Positions 14,001-24,652 of a stretch of DNA of 64,000 nucleotides are shown in pieces. The translations under genes were made by a program, and so were the position numbers. The notes below the pieces were generated by a model, which saw only the letters and a program-made list of their open reading frames with translations, searched no databases and was not told the DNA's origin. The stretch lies in assembly GCA_010015585.1 (NCBI GenBank), contig ML975150.1; one strand, 5' to 3'. This DNA is from Eremomyces bilateralis CBS 781.70 (taxonomy: Eukaryota). Each line of letters begins with the position of its first letter. Position 1 is the first letter of the stretch.

Positions 14001-15431
14001 AAGTCGAGCGTTTCCCTGTTAAAGTTCGCTTTCCAAGATCGGATCGCCTGGGCTCTCTCCTTAATGGACCCTCCTGCAGATCGAATGGCCAACACTGACT
14101 CGTTGCAAGCCTGTTCGATTTCCTCTTCTTCAGGATCGCTAGGTAGCCTTTGCACAATGTTCTTGATAGTGCTTTTCAGTTTCTTGAGACTCGATTCGAT
14201 CGTCTGTTCGAGTTGCACGATCAGAGCTTTACCGACACCTTCGACCTGGTTGTTCACCTGCTTCGCTGTGAGTTCGCGAACCCGTTCTTCCAGGTCCTCC
14301 GCTCCTTTGTCTGCAGCTTTTGCGAATTTTCCTTGCCAGGTGCGAAGGTCCGACTCGATCTTTTCGCGGACATCATCCGGTGACATTGTTTCCGAGCTTG
14401 ATGGCAAGGCAGAACTGCTGGAAGTTGTTGTACCGGTAGTCGGTGTAGATGCGATAGGAGCGTCCGCCAGGGGGGCATCTTCCGCGCTTGAGAGTGATGT
14501 CGGACTCGCCTCATCCGCGGCAGATAGAATACTTTTTGTGTCTCTATAGCGTCCGAGCCGTTGGGTAATCTTCAGTAACTGGGGCTCGACGTTTTCCCCG
14601 TAGAGAACTCGTAGTTGCGGCCAAACCGTCCGGTTGAGGAAGACGATGGTGAAGTCATGGGCTTGCCAGAAATACGGCAAGGCCACATTGACGGTAAGGT
14701 CACGGCCTTGCACATATGCTCTCTGTGCGATTGGAAGCGTAAATTTGTATGCCGGGATAATGGAGCCGGTATAGATATCGCTAAGCTGCAATTTCGCATT
14801 TTCCACCAAAGGCTGAACAACTTCGGTGGCCTTCTCCAGATGCGGAGCCAGGTTCTGGTCATATTTTTCTTGAACGGCTCCTTTTGCTATGTCCATCTGC
14901 GGCTTCACTCGTTTCTCCCATTCCAACTCAAGGTAAACTTGTGCTTGTTTCACACGAGGCGCCCCGTACACGTCATATTTGCCTTTCACGAAGTATGATG
15001 TAGGCGTGTAAATATGCTTCTGAAATCGGGAAACATAGGGCTGAGCGCGTTCGGCATAAGGGGAAATGTAATAGTCGTAGTATGGTCGAGTATAGGGGTC
15101 GGTGTGTGTTCGTGCAATGAAGTATGGCTTGCAGATCTTTGGAGAATTGTCGTTCAACTCGGAGGGACTTGAGGGACATCGGAACGCGGTGGTAATAATT
15201 ATGTACCATAGGGTAATTCTAGGAACAAATGTGAGCATAAAAACCTTTATTCAATCGCAATGAAGTATCATACCTAACAACATTGCTGAAAAGCCAGCCG
15301 AAAAAGCTCCTCCGCGGGCGAGTTCTACTCTTTCTGGCAGAGGGCTTCTCCACCAATTGTGATAATTGCGAGGAAGGGTTTGAATCGCCGTTCTTGGGCC
15401 TTTTGGCGTGCCCATTTGCTTGACCGGCCAT
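11062..15431 (-). CDS. Large Ser/Ala-rich repetitive ER protein with C-terminal KDEL (She10-like; family often auto-annotated 'transcription factor hoxa13')
   Basis: Three exons (15431-15274, 15218-12861, 12805-11062) join in frame across GT-AG introns. Basic N-terminus, hydrophobic segment (FFGWLFSNVVRITLWYIIITTAF), then RCPS...ICKPY, a coiled-coil region with GLQEIGMRWAWMEGVTYKDWSKYH, repeated AIYGTPTP-like motifs, and a QKDEL end. Confidence 0.85.
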
Positions 15432-16105
15432 TCTGGCAGATAATGGGTCCGATCTGACGTTGTAGCAAGCCAGTCGGTGGTGAGGATTTCACTGCGCGGA
15501 TGCAGCACGTCTGCTTTCACCAGGCTTTCCACGCCAACGGACGCGGTGCAGATTCGGTCGAGCAGTATTAACAAGGGCGTGGTCTGACACAGGCTAGCAG
15601 GCACGGGAAACAGGAGGTGGCATCAGGAATGGAGGGGAAATAGAAGTCAGGATAAAATGGCGAGATGGTGGACATGAAGGTGAATGTGGTTCATGATTGA
15701 TGGGCAGTCAGTTTCCAGGTGAAGTGAGGGTTGAACCCTTGGAGTCTCCAACCAAGTTCCCGTGTCCCTGATCCAAGCACACAAGACGTCACTGATGCAT
15801 TTACGCATGTGCTTCCGAATATCGAGATCTCAGCAGTCAGCACTACACACTACTCTGTACTGCCTATTGTTACAACGCTCTCAAGCTCTCCAACAAGACA
15901 AGGTGCTGACTTCCTACTGTTCAGGTCCAAACAATAAAAGATAAGCATTCATTGCAGTCACGTGGTAGACAGATTGACACAAAATCTGGTGACGAGTGAC
16001 GACAAGGAAAGCAAACTTGCGATAAAGGCAGGTACACTAGGCAGCCACACCCACAGTACAGCCAGTCACATCACTCACATCACTTAGAGAGCCTCTGAGG
16101 ATTCC

Positions 16106-16170
16106 ATAGGGCACATGCATCTAGGGCATCAAAGGCATCCAAAGGCATCAAAGGGCAAAGGCATCAACAC
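16106..16170. repeat. Imperfect (AAA)GGCATC short repeat cluster in the divergent intergenic region
   Basis: gggcatcaaaggcatccaaaggcatcaaagggcaaaggcatcaac read directly. Confidence 0.6.
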
Positions 16171-16568
16171 CTCCATATCACATGACACATTATATGACAT
16201 TCTCGCTCACTATCATCCGTTCATCACGTGCACCCTTCACTCATCCACCAATCCACCATTGCGTAATGGTGGCATCGATCGTGCTTCAAAGGTCACTAAA
16301 CAGTAATTCTGCTTTCACCCTCTTGTTTAATGAACTTACCTTATGTTTGAAACAATCTCCCATTCTATTTGAGAGCTTCTCCAGCTGCTTATCTAGTTGT
16401 CACATCCACCTTCTGAGCCGCCGTCTCCCGTTCATCGCGTCTCCGCAACCCCATGTCCCGATGCCAGTACATCGCCATCATCTCCACCACCGACAGGCTT
16501 CAGGCCTAAAGTGCATGCGATCTACCACGCTTTCTTAACCTGCTGTACCCAACGGGAAAGCCCCAGCT

Positions 16569-19500
16569 ATGGATGTCAACGACGAGCTCACGACCAGACC
16601 ATCTCCTCGGTCTGGTTCGGCAGCAGAGCACCCGAACATCTTGATGGATGGATACAACGAGAACAATATAGACAAGAGCCCGCAAGAGGGGGATACGTGT
16701 AGAATATGCAGAGGCGAGGGCAGCAAAGAAGAACCGCTGTTCTATCCTTGCAAATGCAGCGGAACGATTAAATTCGTCCATCAAGCATGCCTGATGGAAT
16801 GGCTCGTTCACTCTCAGAAGAAGTACTGCGAGCTGTGCAAAACACCTTTCCGATTCACGAAACTTTACCACCCAAAGATGCCGCGAACCCTTCCGATATC
16901 TATCTTCCTTCGCAAGGCCGGAGTTCATATTGCCCGACATTTCGTTACCTGGTGTCGAGCTCTGCTCGTGGCATTCGCGTGGCTCATAGCGGTACCCTAT
17001 GCCATGCGCTGCGTGTGGCGTCTGCTGTTCTGGCTCGCTGACGGGGGGTGGACAAGAGACTCTTATTTCTTGGCTACGAGCAGTTCGCACAATAACGGGA
17101 CACTTTTGGGTTCGTCGCTGGACAACGGGACGTCACCGGCTCGATGGAACGCGACCAGCGCCAAGATCTTACCGGCTATCCTCGCGCCCGTGTCCCAGAC
17201 CCTGAATATGACTTCCACCGAGCCGACTATCGTAAGGATGGTTCGGAGGTTGATCAATTTCTACACCGGGAGCGACCAGAGCAACGACCTCGGAGCAGAC
17301 CGTAACTCGACTGTTGCACTTGTTCTTGCTCATTCGAAATCCTCCTTGCTCTCAGAAATCTCACTTCTCACGCATATAACTCCTTACCCTCTGATCAATC
17401 AACTTCTCATCGATGTAATCGAAGGGCAGCTTATCACTGCGCTGATAGTGATTGGCTTCATCCTCATCTTCTTGATCCGGGAATGGGTAGTGCAACAGCA
17501 GCCAGCCATGGAGCTCGCTCGAGATGTTGCGGTCGATCCGGAAAGAGCTGGAGGCTTTGAGGGGGACGATCAGCCTGAGATAGACTTGGCAGCAGCGGAC
17601 GCTGAGAATGCGGACAACAATGACGACATTGCTGTAGCACCACCTCCTGAAACGGACAATGTAACTCCACCTGGCCTCATTGAAGGCCCTTCACAGGTTT
17701 CCGAACAAGCCGAAGCTTCGAACTATTCTATAACACCAATAACGCACCTAAATCCCGCAGGAGAGGCGAACCCCCCTTTAGGGCATGGGCGAGTTGACCT
17801 TGAGGAAACCAGGCGGAGGGTCCTCGACCTTGTCGATTCCCTTCCCTGGGATGTTCAGCAAGCTTTGATCCGTGGAGGTTCGACAGATATCATCGAGACC
17901 CTAAGCACCTTGCCAGCTGAACAAGCAGAACGAATCCGATCTAAATTAAGATTGCTCAGGAATTCCGATTCGGATGCAGTTCGCACCGACAACGCAGACG
18001 ACATATCCCATGCGGACCCCACCCAGTCCAGTGTTGCCTTTGAAGACGAGACGGCTAGTACGCGACCAGACATGCCTGTGAGAAATCGGTCCTTCATCGC
18101 CACGGACGTTCAGCGAAGCCTGGAAGAAGAAACCCCGCATGGGGCACCTGAGGACAATTCCCGTCTGGAGGTTCGAGATGAGGAACTTTCTAGGGGAAGT
18201 AGTGACTCAAGTTGGCAGGACGTGTCAGGTGTAGTGGATGATGAAGGCGAGACATCTTCTCCCTCAGTGTCTACAAAAGGAAAGGAGAGGGCAGCGGATG
18301 ATGTCCCGGCCGCCAGGAGCACTGAACCGCTTGTTGAGAGTGGAAACGAACAGGAGACTGATGATACCCATACTCGGAGATCAGAACATGTCGAACCCCC
18401 TCTCCCGTCGGCAAGAGAACCTGAAGGTCCCCCGCAACACGACAACGAGCCCCGCCAGGTCATGGAGGACATAGATGATACCGCTCTAATACCGAATGGT
18501 GCCGCACAGGATATGAGGCCAGCGCAAAGAGCAGTTCGGCAACAAAACGCGGGGCATTCACTTTTCGACCGCACTCTGGACTGGCTCTGGGGAGATGTTG
18601 CTCCAGTAGACCGCCCCGACACGGGCCGTAATGGCGATAGGTCAGACGATGAAATTATTGTTGACGACTCTGATGATGGGATTCCTTTTGTTCCATTCCA
18701 GGATGCGGAGCCTGTTCTTGCCGCTCCTGTCCCCGAACCCCAGCCTCGACAGGATGCGGGTGTCGTTGCTGCCGCGGCGGAGGCAGGAATCGACATCAAC
18801 GACCCTGACGATGATGCCGACGACCTCGAGGGGCTTCTGGAGCTGATTGGAATGCAAGGGCCCATAGTCGCACTATTTGAGCATGCCACATTCACAGCGA
18901 TAATCGTCGCTTCGACAGTAGTACTGGCTGTGTGGCTTCCCTATACTCTGGGCAAACTGGTACTCCTCGTCTTAGGAAGTCCACCGTCGGCCCTCTTCCG
19001 CGTACCATTCGACATCGTTACCAGAGTCGCCGAAATTCTGCTTGACCTGTTCATCTTTGTGACGGGGCTTGGCATATGGCTGATTATCAACGCATTCCGA
19101 TCTCTATTATTGCCCCTCAAACTGATTGCGACGTTTGGCACAGACTCCCCAGCGCTACATTCCATTCCACGTTCAGTGGAAGGAGCTGTCAACGGCTCAT
19201 CCCAGCGATTGATCCAGAGGTTTGGCGGGGTTGCTACGTCGGAAGACTCGGACTACCTTTGGTTCTCGCTCGCGTCCCATGTGGCACTTCGTTCACTGCA
19301 GGCCGAAACAAAGCTGCTTGTCCAGGCGGTTGCCGATACTGCTCTGTCGGTTACCTCTGCTCTCGAGACTACGCCTCTCAAAGGCCTCCCTTCACTGATT
19401 GTGGATGCTACAGTATCATCTTTACAGTGGTCGGCCGCTGTCGTATTCGGCGCAGCGGACATGATTGTTGCTACTGTCATCAAGAAGCCGCAACTCGATG

Positions 19501-21473
19501 GCGTTACGAAACCCTCCATAAGTGCCGTCCTTGCTGCCGACCCTTCTCTCGCTTATTGGAGCGGGTGGGATCGAGGAATCGCAATCTTCTGGGGCTATTC
19601 GTCCGTCGCGTTTGCTGGAGCCATGTACTTGAAGCGCGGCTTGCCCTTCACATCTTCTCAACAAGGACGACGAGTGGAAGCACATGTCAGAGATTTCATT
19701 CAACAAGCTGGCGGCGTGATGAAAGTTATGGTCATCATCGGCATCGAAATGATTGTCTTTCCTCTATACTGCGGACTGCTGCTCGACTTCGCGCTCCTCC
19801 CGCTATTCGAAGATACAACGGTCTATTCCCGTGTCCACTGGAGTATAAACTCTCTGTGGACTTCTGGATTCGTACACTGGTTCATCGGCACTTGTTACAT
19901 GTTCCATTTCGCACAATTCGTCTCAATGTGCCGAAAGATCATGCGAAAAGGAGTTCTTTACTTCATTCGCGATCCTGACGACCCGACATTCCACCCCGTT
20001 CGCGATGTGTTGGAGAGGAACGTGACTACGCAACTTCGTAAGATTGCATTCAGTGCACTAGTTTATGGCGCGCTGGTTGTCGTCTGCTTAGGAGGCGTTG
20101 TTTGGGCACTCTACTATGCTTTCGACGCTGTGCTTCCGATCCATTGGGCATCGAGTGAGTCGTCTTTGGAGTTCCCTCTTGACATCCTGGTCTTTAACTT
20201 CATCACACCGCTCGTCATGAGAAGAACCAGGCCTACGGATGGACTCCAGACCATGTACAAGTGGTGGTTTCATTGGTCAGCTCGCGCACTGCGCTTGTCG
20301 AACTTCCTTCTCGGAGAGAAGCGTCTTGAGGAGGAGTGGAGGCCAGTTGGTGCGTCATTCCTACAGCGAATCGGGCTGAGAAAGTATCTTCCCGGCGAGC
20401 CAGCACCAGTGCAACTCAAACCCGATGGGAGAATGGTGTTGGCGCCCGGCTCTGATCAACTCAGGATTCCCAAAGGACAACCCGTGTTCCGAGATATCGG
20501 CAGCTCCGACGGCGAGAATGGGCAATCGAATGGAGACACCTCCCGGAATAGGCTGCGACGACAGCTCATGTTCACCGAAGTGTACATCCCATCGAACTTC
20601 CGCCTCCGGATCAGCCTCTTTGTCCTCGCTATCTGGATTTTTGCCGCGGCCACCGGCGTAGGAGTTACGATCGTCCCTCTTGTGTTCGGACGATATCTTT
20701 GCTCTTCGATCTTCCCGCAGCAGAAGCGTATTAACGACATCTATGCTTTCGCTGCAGGGTTTTATTCCCTTGGCGGCGTTGTCTATGGAGCCGCATATAT
20801 CCCGCAGCTCTTCCGACAGGCTCGCGCGTCGGTGGGGAATCTCAGCCCCCGGCCCCTCTCTTTCTTGTCTGCGACAAAAACCATCGTAGCGAGAGTGATT
20901 GCGTGCTTGTACGTTTACTCGACCCTCGCCATTGCTCTACCCCTCCTCTTCGCGCTCGTATTAGAGCTGTATTTACTTATCCCCATCCACACCTTCGCCT
21001 GCTCTGCAGACCAGCGGCACTCCATTCATCTGGTTCAGGATTGGACTCTTGGCATTCTCTATGTCCGGATTGCTTTCCGTTACATACTCTCGACTCCAGG
21101 ATCCCGCTCCTACCGCGCTCTTACTGCCGTTGTCCGCGAAGGGTGGCTTAACCCGAATGCATACCTCGCAACAAGGGGCTTCATTCTCCCGGTGTCGATT
21201 ATCTTCTCGATTCTCGTGCTTGGCCCCGGAGTCTCCGCAATGGCGCTAGCTCGAGCCTTCCCGGAGACCTTGGGTGTCGTTGAGAGCAACGAGCTTGTCC
21301 GCTTCGCGTATCCTGTGGCGGCAGGGTTGGCCTGCCATGCTTTGGTTATTTGGGCTCTAGGGAAAGCGATGCATAGGTGGCGAGCGAGGATAAAGGATGA
21401 AGCGTACCTTGTTGGCGAGCGCCTACATAACTTTGGCGACAGGAGACCTCTCGCGGTCGCTCAACAGAGTTGA
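16569..21473 (+). CDS. DOA10: ERAD RING-CH E3 ubiquitin ligase, Doa10/Ssm4 (MARCH6) family
   Basis: 1634-aa intronless ORF with N-terminal RING-CH (CRICRGEGSKEEPLFYPCKCSGTIKFVHQACLMEWL...CELC), many TM segments, TD-domain motifs (GVLYFIRDPDDPTFHPVRDVLER) and C-terminal IKDEAYLVGERLHNF. Confidence 0.95.
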   Translation: MDVNDELTTRPSPRSGSAAEHPNILMDGYNENNIDKSPQEGDTCRICRGEGSKEEPLFYPCKCSGTIKFVHQACLMEWLVHSQKKYCELCKTPFRFTKLYHPKMPRTLPISIFLRKAGVHIARHFVTWCRALLVAFAWLIAVPYAMRCVWRLLFWLADGGWTRDSYFLATSSSHNNGTLLGSSLDNGTSPARWNATSAKILPAILAPVSQTLNMTSTEPTIVRMVRRLINFYTGSDQSNDLGADRNSTVALVLAHSKSSLLSEISLLTHITPYPLINQLLIDVIEGQLITALIVIGFILIFLIREWVVQQQPAMELARDVAVDPERAGGFEGDDQPEIDLAAADAENADNNDDIAVAPPPETDNVTPPGLIEGPSQVSEQAEASNYSITPITHLNPAGEANPPLGHGRVDLEETRRRVLDLVDSLPWDVQQALIRGGSTDIIETLSTLPAEQAERIRSKLRLLRNSDSDAVRTDNADDISHADPTQSSVAFEDETASTRPDMPVRNRSFIATDVQRSLEEETPHGAPEDNSRLEVRDEELSRGSSDSSWQDVSGVVDDEGETSSPSVSTKGKERAADDVPAARSTEPLVESGNEQETDDTHTRRSEHVEPPLPSAREPEGPPQHDNEPRQVMEDIDDTALIPNGAAQDMRPAQRAVRQQNAGHSLFDRTLDWLWGDVAPVDRPDTGRNGDRSDDEIIVDDSDDGIPFVPFQDAEPVLAAPVPEPQPRQDAGVVAAAAEAGIDINDPDDDADDLEGLLELIGMQGPIVALFEHATFTAIIVASTVVLAVWLPYTLGKLVLLVLGSPPSALFRVPFDIVTRVAEILLDLFIFVTGLGIWLIINAFRSLLLPLKLIATFGTDSPALHSIPRSVEGAVNGSSQRLIQRFGGVATSEDSDYLWFSLASHVALRSLQAETKLLVQAVADTALSVTSALETTPLKGLPSLIVDATVSSLQWSAAVVFGAADMIVATVIKKPQLDGVTKPSISAVLAADPSLAYWSGWDRGIAIFWGYSSVAFAGAMYLKRGLPFTSSQQGRRVEAHVRDFIQQAGGVMKVMVIIGIEMIVFPLYCGLLLDFALLPLFEDTTVYSRVHWSINSLWTSGFVHWFIGTCYMFHFAQFVSMCRKIMRKGVLYFIRDPDDPTFHPVRDVLERNVTTQLRKIAFSALVYGALVVVCLGGVVWALYYAFDAVLPIHWASSESSLEFPLDILVFNFITPLVMRRTRPTDGLQTMYKWWFHWSARALRLSNFLLGEKRLEEEWRPVGASFLQRIGLRKYLPGEPAPVQLKPDGRMVLAPGSDQLRIPKGQPVFRDIGSSDGENGQSNGDTSRNRLRRQLMFTEVYIPSNFRLRISLFVLAIWIFAAATGVGVTIVPLVFGRYLCSSIFPQQKRINDIYAFAAGFYSLGGVVYGAAYIPQLFRQARASVGNLSPRPLSFLSATKTIVARVIACLYVYSTLAIALPLLFALVLELYLLIPIHTFACSADQRHSIHLVQDWTLGILYVRIAFRYILSTPGSRSYRALTAVVREGWLNPNAYLATRGFILPVSIIFSILVLGPGVSAMALARAFPETLGVVESNELVRFAYPVAAGLACHALVIWALGKAMHRWRARIKDEAYLVGERLHNFGDRRPLAVAQQS

Positions 21474-21701
21474 AAGCAGTAGTTGGCATGGGATACCCTA
21501 GACTTTCTCTATCGTCCGTGAACAGCATAAGGCGGAGATGTGTCTCCTTTCTTCTTAGCATAGCCACGGTCAATCGGCAGAATCGGTGGTCGTGTATGAT
21601 AGGCATTCACGAATAGTTATTGTACGATTCATGACGAACACCACTTCACATGTGCAGGAACTCCCGTTACCACTCTGATATTGTCACCTTGATATTGTCC
21701 G

Positions 21702-22937
21702 TCAACATTCAGCCGTCGATTCATTTCCCAGCCCTACATTCCGCAACCCTCCCCTGATGTCACTAGGATCTTTCCCCCGTTTTGAGAATACTTCGCCAAC
21801 AACATAACCTCGCCCTCGGCACATACCATGGTCATCGAATTCCGCGGCCAGAAGTTTTGCCGCAACCCATTCTGCCGTCTCCGTGTGCAAACTTGCAGGA
21901 ACAGGTTCCCCATTCGAGCTCCGACCCACATCGACCCGACTAGTGCCCTTCGACAAAGCTTGGAATACCACCAGCTGATCACGCATATACTCGTCCACAC
22001 AACCGCCATGGTAAAGCTCCTGCCTCAGTTCCTTCGTGACTTGTTTGACCAGCTTCGATATTGCTACGCCAGCATCTTTGATCTTGTGGTCATACAACCA
22101 GTCACGACCCAGACGGTAGCCATTCTCTGATACAGCGACAAGAAGGAAGTACAGCCGTGTGCGGTGACCACTCTCCTCAACCTGTACATCCAGGTCGACT
22201 TCGGCGTCCTCCTTGGATAATCTCGTGATTCCTTCGTTTAGTTCTTCCCGGAACCTTGCCTCGCAATCTCGTGGTATGATTGCTCTAGCCTCGAATCGTA
22301 CGATGTCCCCTCGGTCCTTCAGGTCGAAAGGGCGGAGAAATCCCCCCTCGGCAAATGGTGTGATTGAGAAAGTCACGCCGCCGATATCAATAGGCCCTGT
22401 CGACCATCCTCGCCTGTCCAAAGATGCCCGAATGTGCGGTATTCCTATTTTCTCCAGAGTCGGTAGAAGCACCTGGGCAATATAGTCGTAAGATGGGGAA
22501 AAAGAAGTGTTCGTCCCGCCTTTAATGGTGACATGAACTTGATTTCCATGACCACCCGCTCCAGGGCGGGTTCGAAATAGGATGTAGGGAAGGATGGCCT
22601 GGAATACAAGTCCTATGCTGCCGGCGCCGCCGATGTCAATCTCAGACGGCCAGGACACATCGATGGAACCGACTGTCTTGTCCTGTGACGGGATGAACTC
22701 CAAATGCTTGCTCTTATTTTCGGCGCCGCCCATCTCCGCAGAGCAGCATTGCGCGAGCCATTTCACAGCGCTAAGATGCTGTTGCTTCAGCCCTCCTCCT
22801 CGTGGTCTTTTCCCCCGAATATTGGAGATATGGATCGGGATTGCTGTTAGAGCTGATAGTCCAAGCGCAATGCGGACTAATTGACCTCCCCCTTCGAGGG
22901 TAATGCCATCAATTCCAATGATTTTGATTTTACCCAT
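21702..22937 (-). CDS. RNA 3'-terminal phosphate cyclase (RtcA type)
   Basis: IDGITLEGGGQLVRIALGLS, IRGKRPRGGGLKQQHL, GGTN, DEYMRDQLVVFQAL and SLHTET (His at the position of the adenylated catalytic His). Single 411-aa ORF. Confidence 0.9.
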   Translation of the reverse strand: MGKIKIIGIDGITLEGGGQLVRIALGLSALTAIPIHISNIRGKRPRGGGLKQQHLSAVKWLAQCCSAEMGGAENKSKHLEFIPSQDKTVGSIDVSWPSEIDIGGAGSIGLVFQAILPYILFRTRPGAGGHGNQVHVTIKGGTNTSFSPSYDYIAQVLLPTLEKIGIPHIRASLDRRGWSTGPIDIGGVTFSITPFAEGGFLRPFDLKDRGDIVRFEARAIIPRDCEARFREELNEGITRLSKEDAEVDLDVQVEESGHRTRLYFLLVAVSENGYRLGRDWLYDHKIKDAGVAISKLVKQVTKELRQELYHGGCVDEYMRDQLVVFQALSKGTSRVDVGRSSNGEPVPASLHTETAEWVAAKLLAAEFDDHGMCRGRGYVVGEVFSKRGKDPSDIRGGLRNVGLGNESTAEC

Positions 22938-23356
22938 AATAAAAATAAATATTACACCGTATATTTAGCAATGAAGTTTATTGGAGATCAATACGACGAC
23001 TCGACGGACGTTGGACGATAGTTGAATGACCAATACGGGGGAACATGGGTTGGAAAGCTGGGACGAGAGTGGAGATGGAAGATGGAATTCCAAAAAAGGT
23101 AGATTCACTGTAGTTTGTTTCAATGTTTTAATAATTAATGGATTGTGACTCAGTTGGATCAGTATACGGATCTGCCTGATGACTCCAACGACAGATACGG
23201 ATACTCAGGCCCACTATCCATACTAGGGACACCCCATGGCTAGGGCAGAGTTCTCGACCATCACGTTGTTATAGTCTCCTCGTTGTGAAAACTGTAATGG
23301 GGGGGCATATGCAAATGATTCAATACAGGTCCAACTAAGACCAATATATCATTTCC

Positions 23357-24305
23357 CTACTCCTCCAGTAGCCTCTTCAACACATCAGCAGGCGTACGCT
23401 TTGGTGCAGCGAGCTCGAGTATTTCCTTGCTGGTTGTAGAAGCCGTGCCCTTTCCCTCCCATGTTGTCTCTAGAGCGTGTTTCATGGACAAGATAACATT
23501 CTTTGATTCCTGAGTTGTCGCGGCCATGTGGTCGACGAGCGACATGTCCTGATAGCTGACACTCTCAACTTGTGCGCCGATGTGCTGCTCAATCATCTTC
23601 ACAATCTGGATTCCACTAATGTCCTCCGGCCCATTCAGAACATATTTAGCGTTGTTGTGCACAGTAGGGTCCTCTTCAGATAAGAGGTGAGCCGCAACGA
23701 CGCCAACGTCCTCGGGGTCGATAATGCCGACAGGCGCAGCTGGTGACGCCATTAACCTAAGCGTATCCTGCTTTCCTGTCTTGCGGTACTGCTTGATCCA
23801 TCCCGCAGCGGCGGAAAGGTAGAAATTGGAAAAGCTATTGGGCTGCAGTGAAGTCCACTGCAAGCCCTTGAATTCTGGCGCGCTCAGCATGGCCTCGATT
23901 GCCCAATGCGTACGAGGATAGTAGGCGGGGCAATTCGGGCGAACGTTCGCAGCTCCCGTCAAGATTCGCACGACATACTTAACACCCGCATTGAGGGCGG
24001 CAATGTGGAAGGTCGATTCTTCGGTGAATTGATTAGGCCGGATGTGTGGTGCAATGAATGCTCTGACTACCTCGTGTTCACGGAGCCAATCGGCAGTGAC
24101 TTCCACCCAATTCTGCTCTGCTACCTCGACACCGGACAGTTTGGCAAGCTGTTGCGCTGCTGGACTGTTCAAGGAACGCGTGAAAGCGAGGACCCGGTAG
24201 TCGGAAAAAGTGTTGCTAGTTAGTTTTTAGCAACTGTGATAGGGTTTCAACAACGCTTCGGCCAGTGTTGCTAGTTGCACCGACAATCAGGATAGTAGGA
24301 GCCAT
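23357..24305 (-). pseudogene. NmrA-like NAD(P)-binding Rossmann protein, frameshifted
   Basis: ATG at 24305 gives MAPTILIVGATSNTGRSVVETLSQLLKTN*. A 4-bp tandem duplication (tagt tagt, 24217-24224) shifts the frame; removing it restores ...KTSNTFSDYRVLAFTRSLNSPAAQ, continuous with ORF 24172-23357 (H..IE..L, WTSLQPN, IDPEDVG, LNGPE). Confidence 0.8.
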
Positions 24306-24652
24306 AATTAGGAAGTGGATAATGTCGTGACGAGTGAGATTGGCAATAAGATAGGTACAGTATGATACATAGTAGGTGGTTGAAAATGGAGCAAGGGCCG
24401 CCTTTATATTCTTGATTCACTATTCATATACCGTATTAAGTCCGTACGGTCGTATTCCGATCGTATTCGTAAGGTCCCCTTCTTTCTAACCGATCGATCT
24501 AACTACTATAGGAGGTGCTGACGTAGCCCACCACCGAGCTAGCTGTTAACGTCTTGAACATCGTTTACGCATAGGAGATAGTTCTTCTTTAGCTCTGCAA
24601 TAAATGAAAGTGGTTTTGGCAACCTTCGCGGTCAAACCGCCTCAGAGAAAGA

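Noticed and set aside
24214..24234. A 19-nt GT...CTAAC.TAG segment whose removal would restore the NmrA frame
   Set aside because: Far shorter than the ~45-60-nt introns elsewhere in the window and has a poor donor (GTTGCT); the 4-bp duplication is the simpler explanation.
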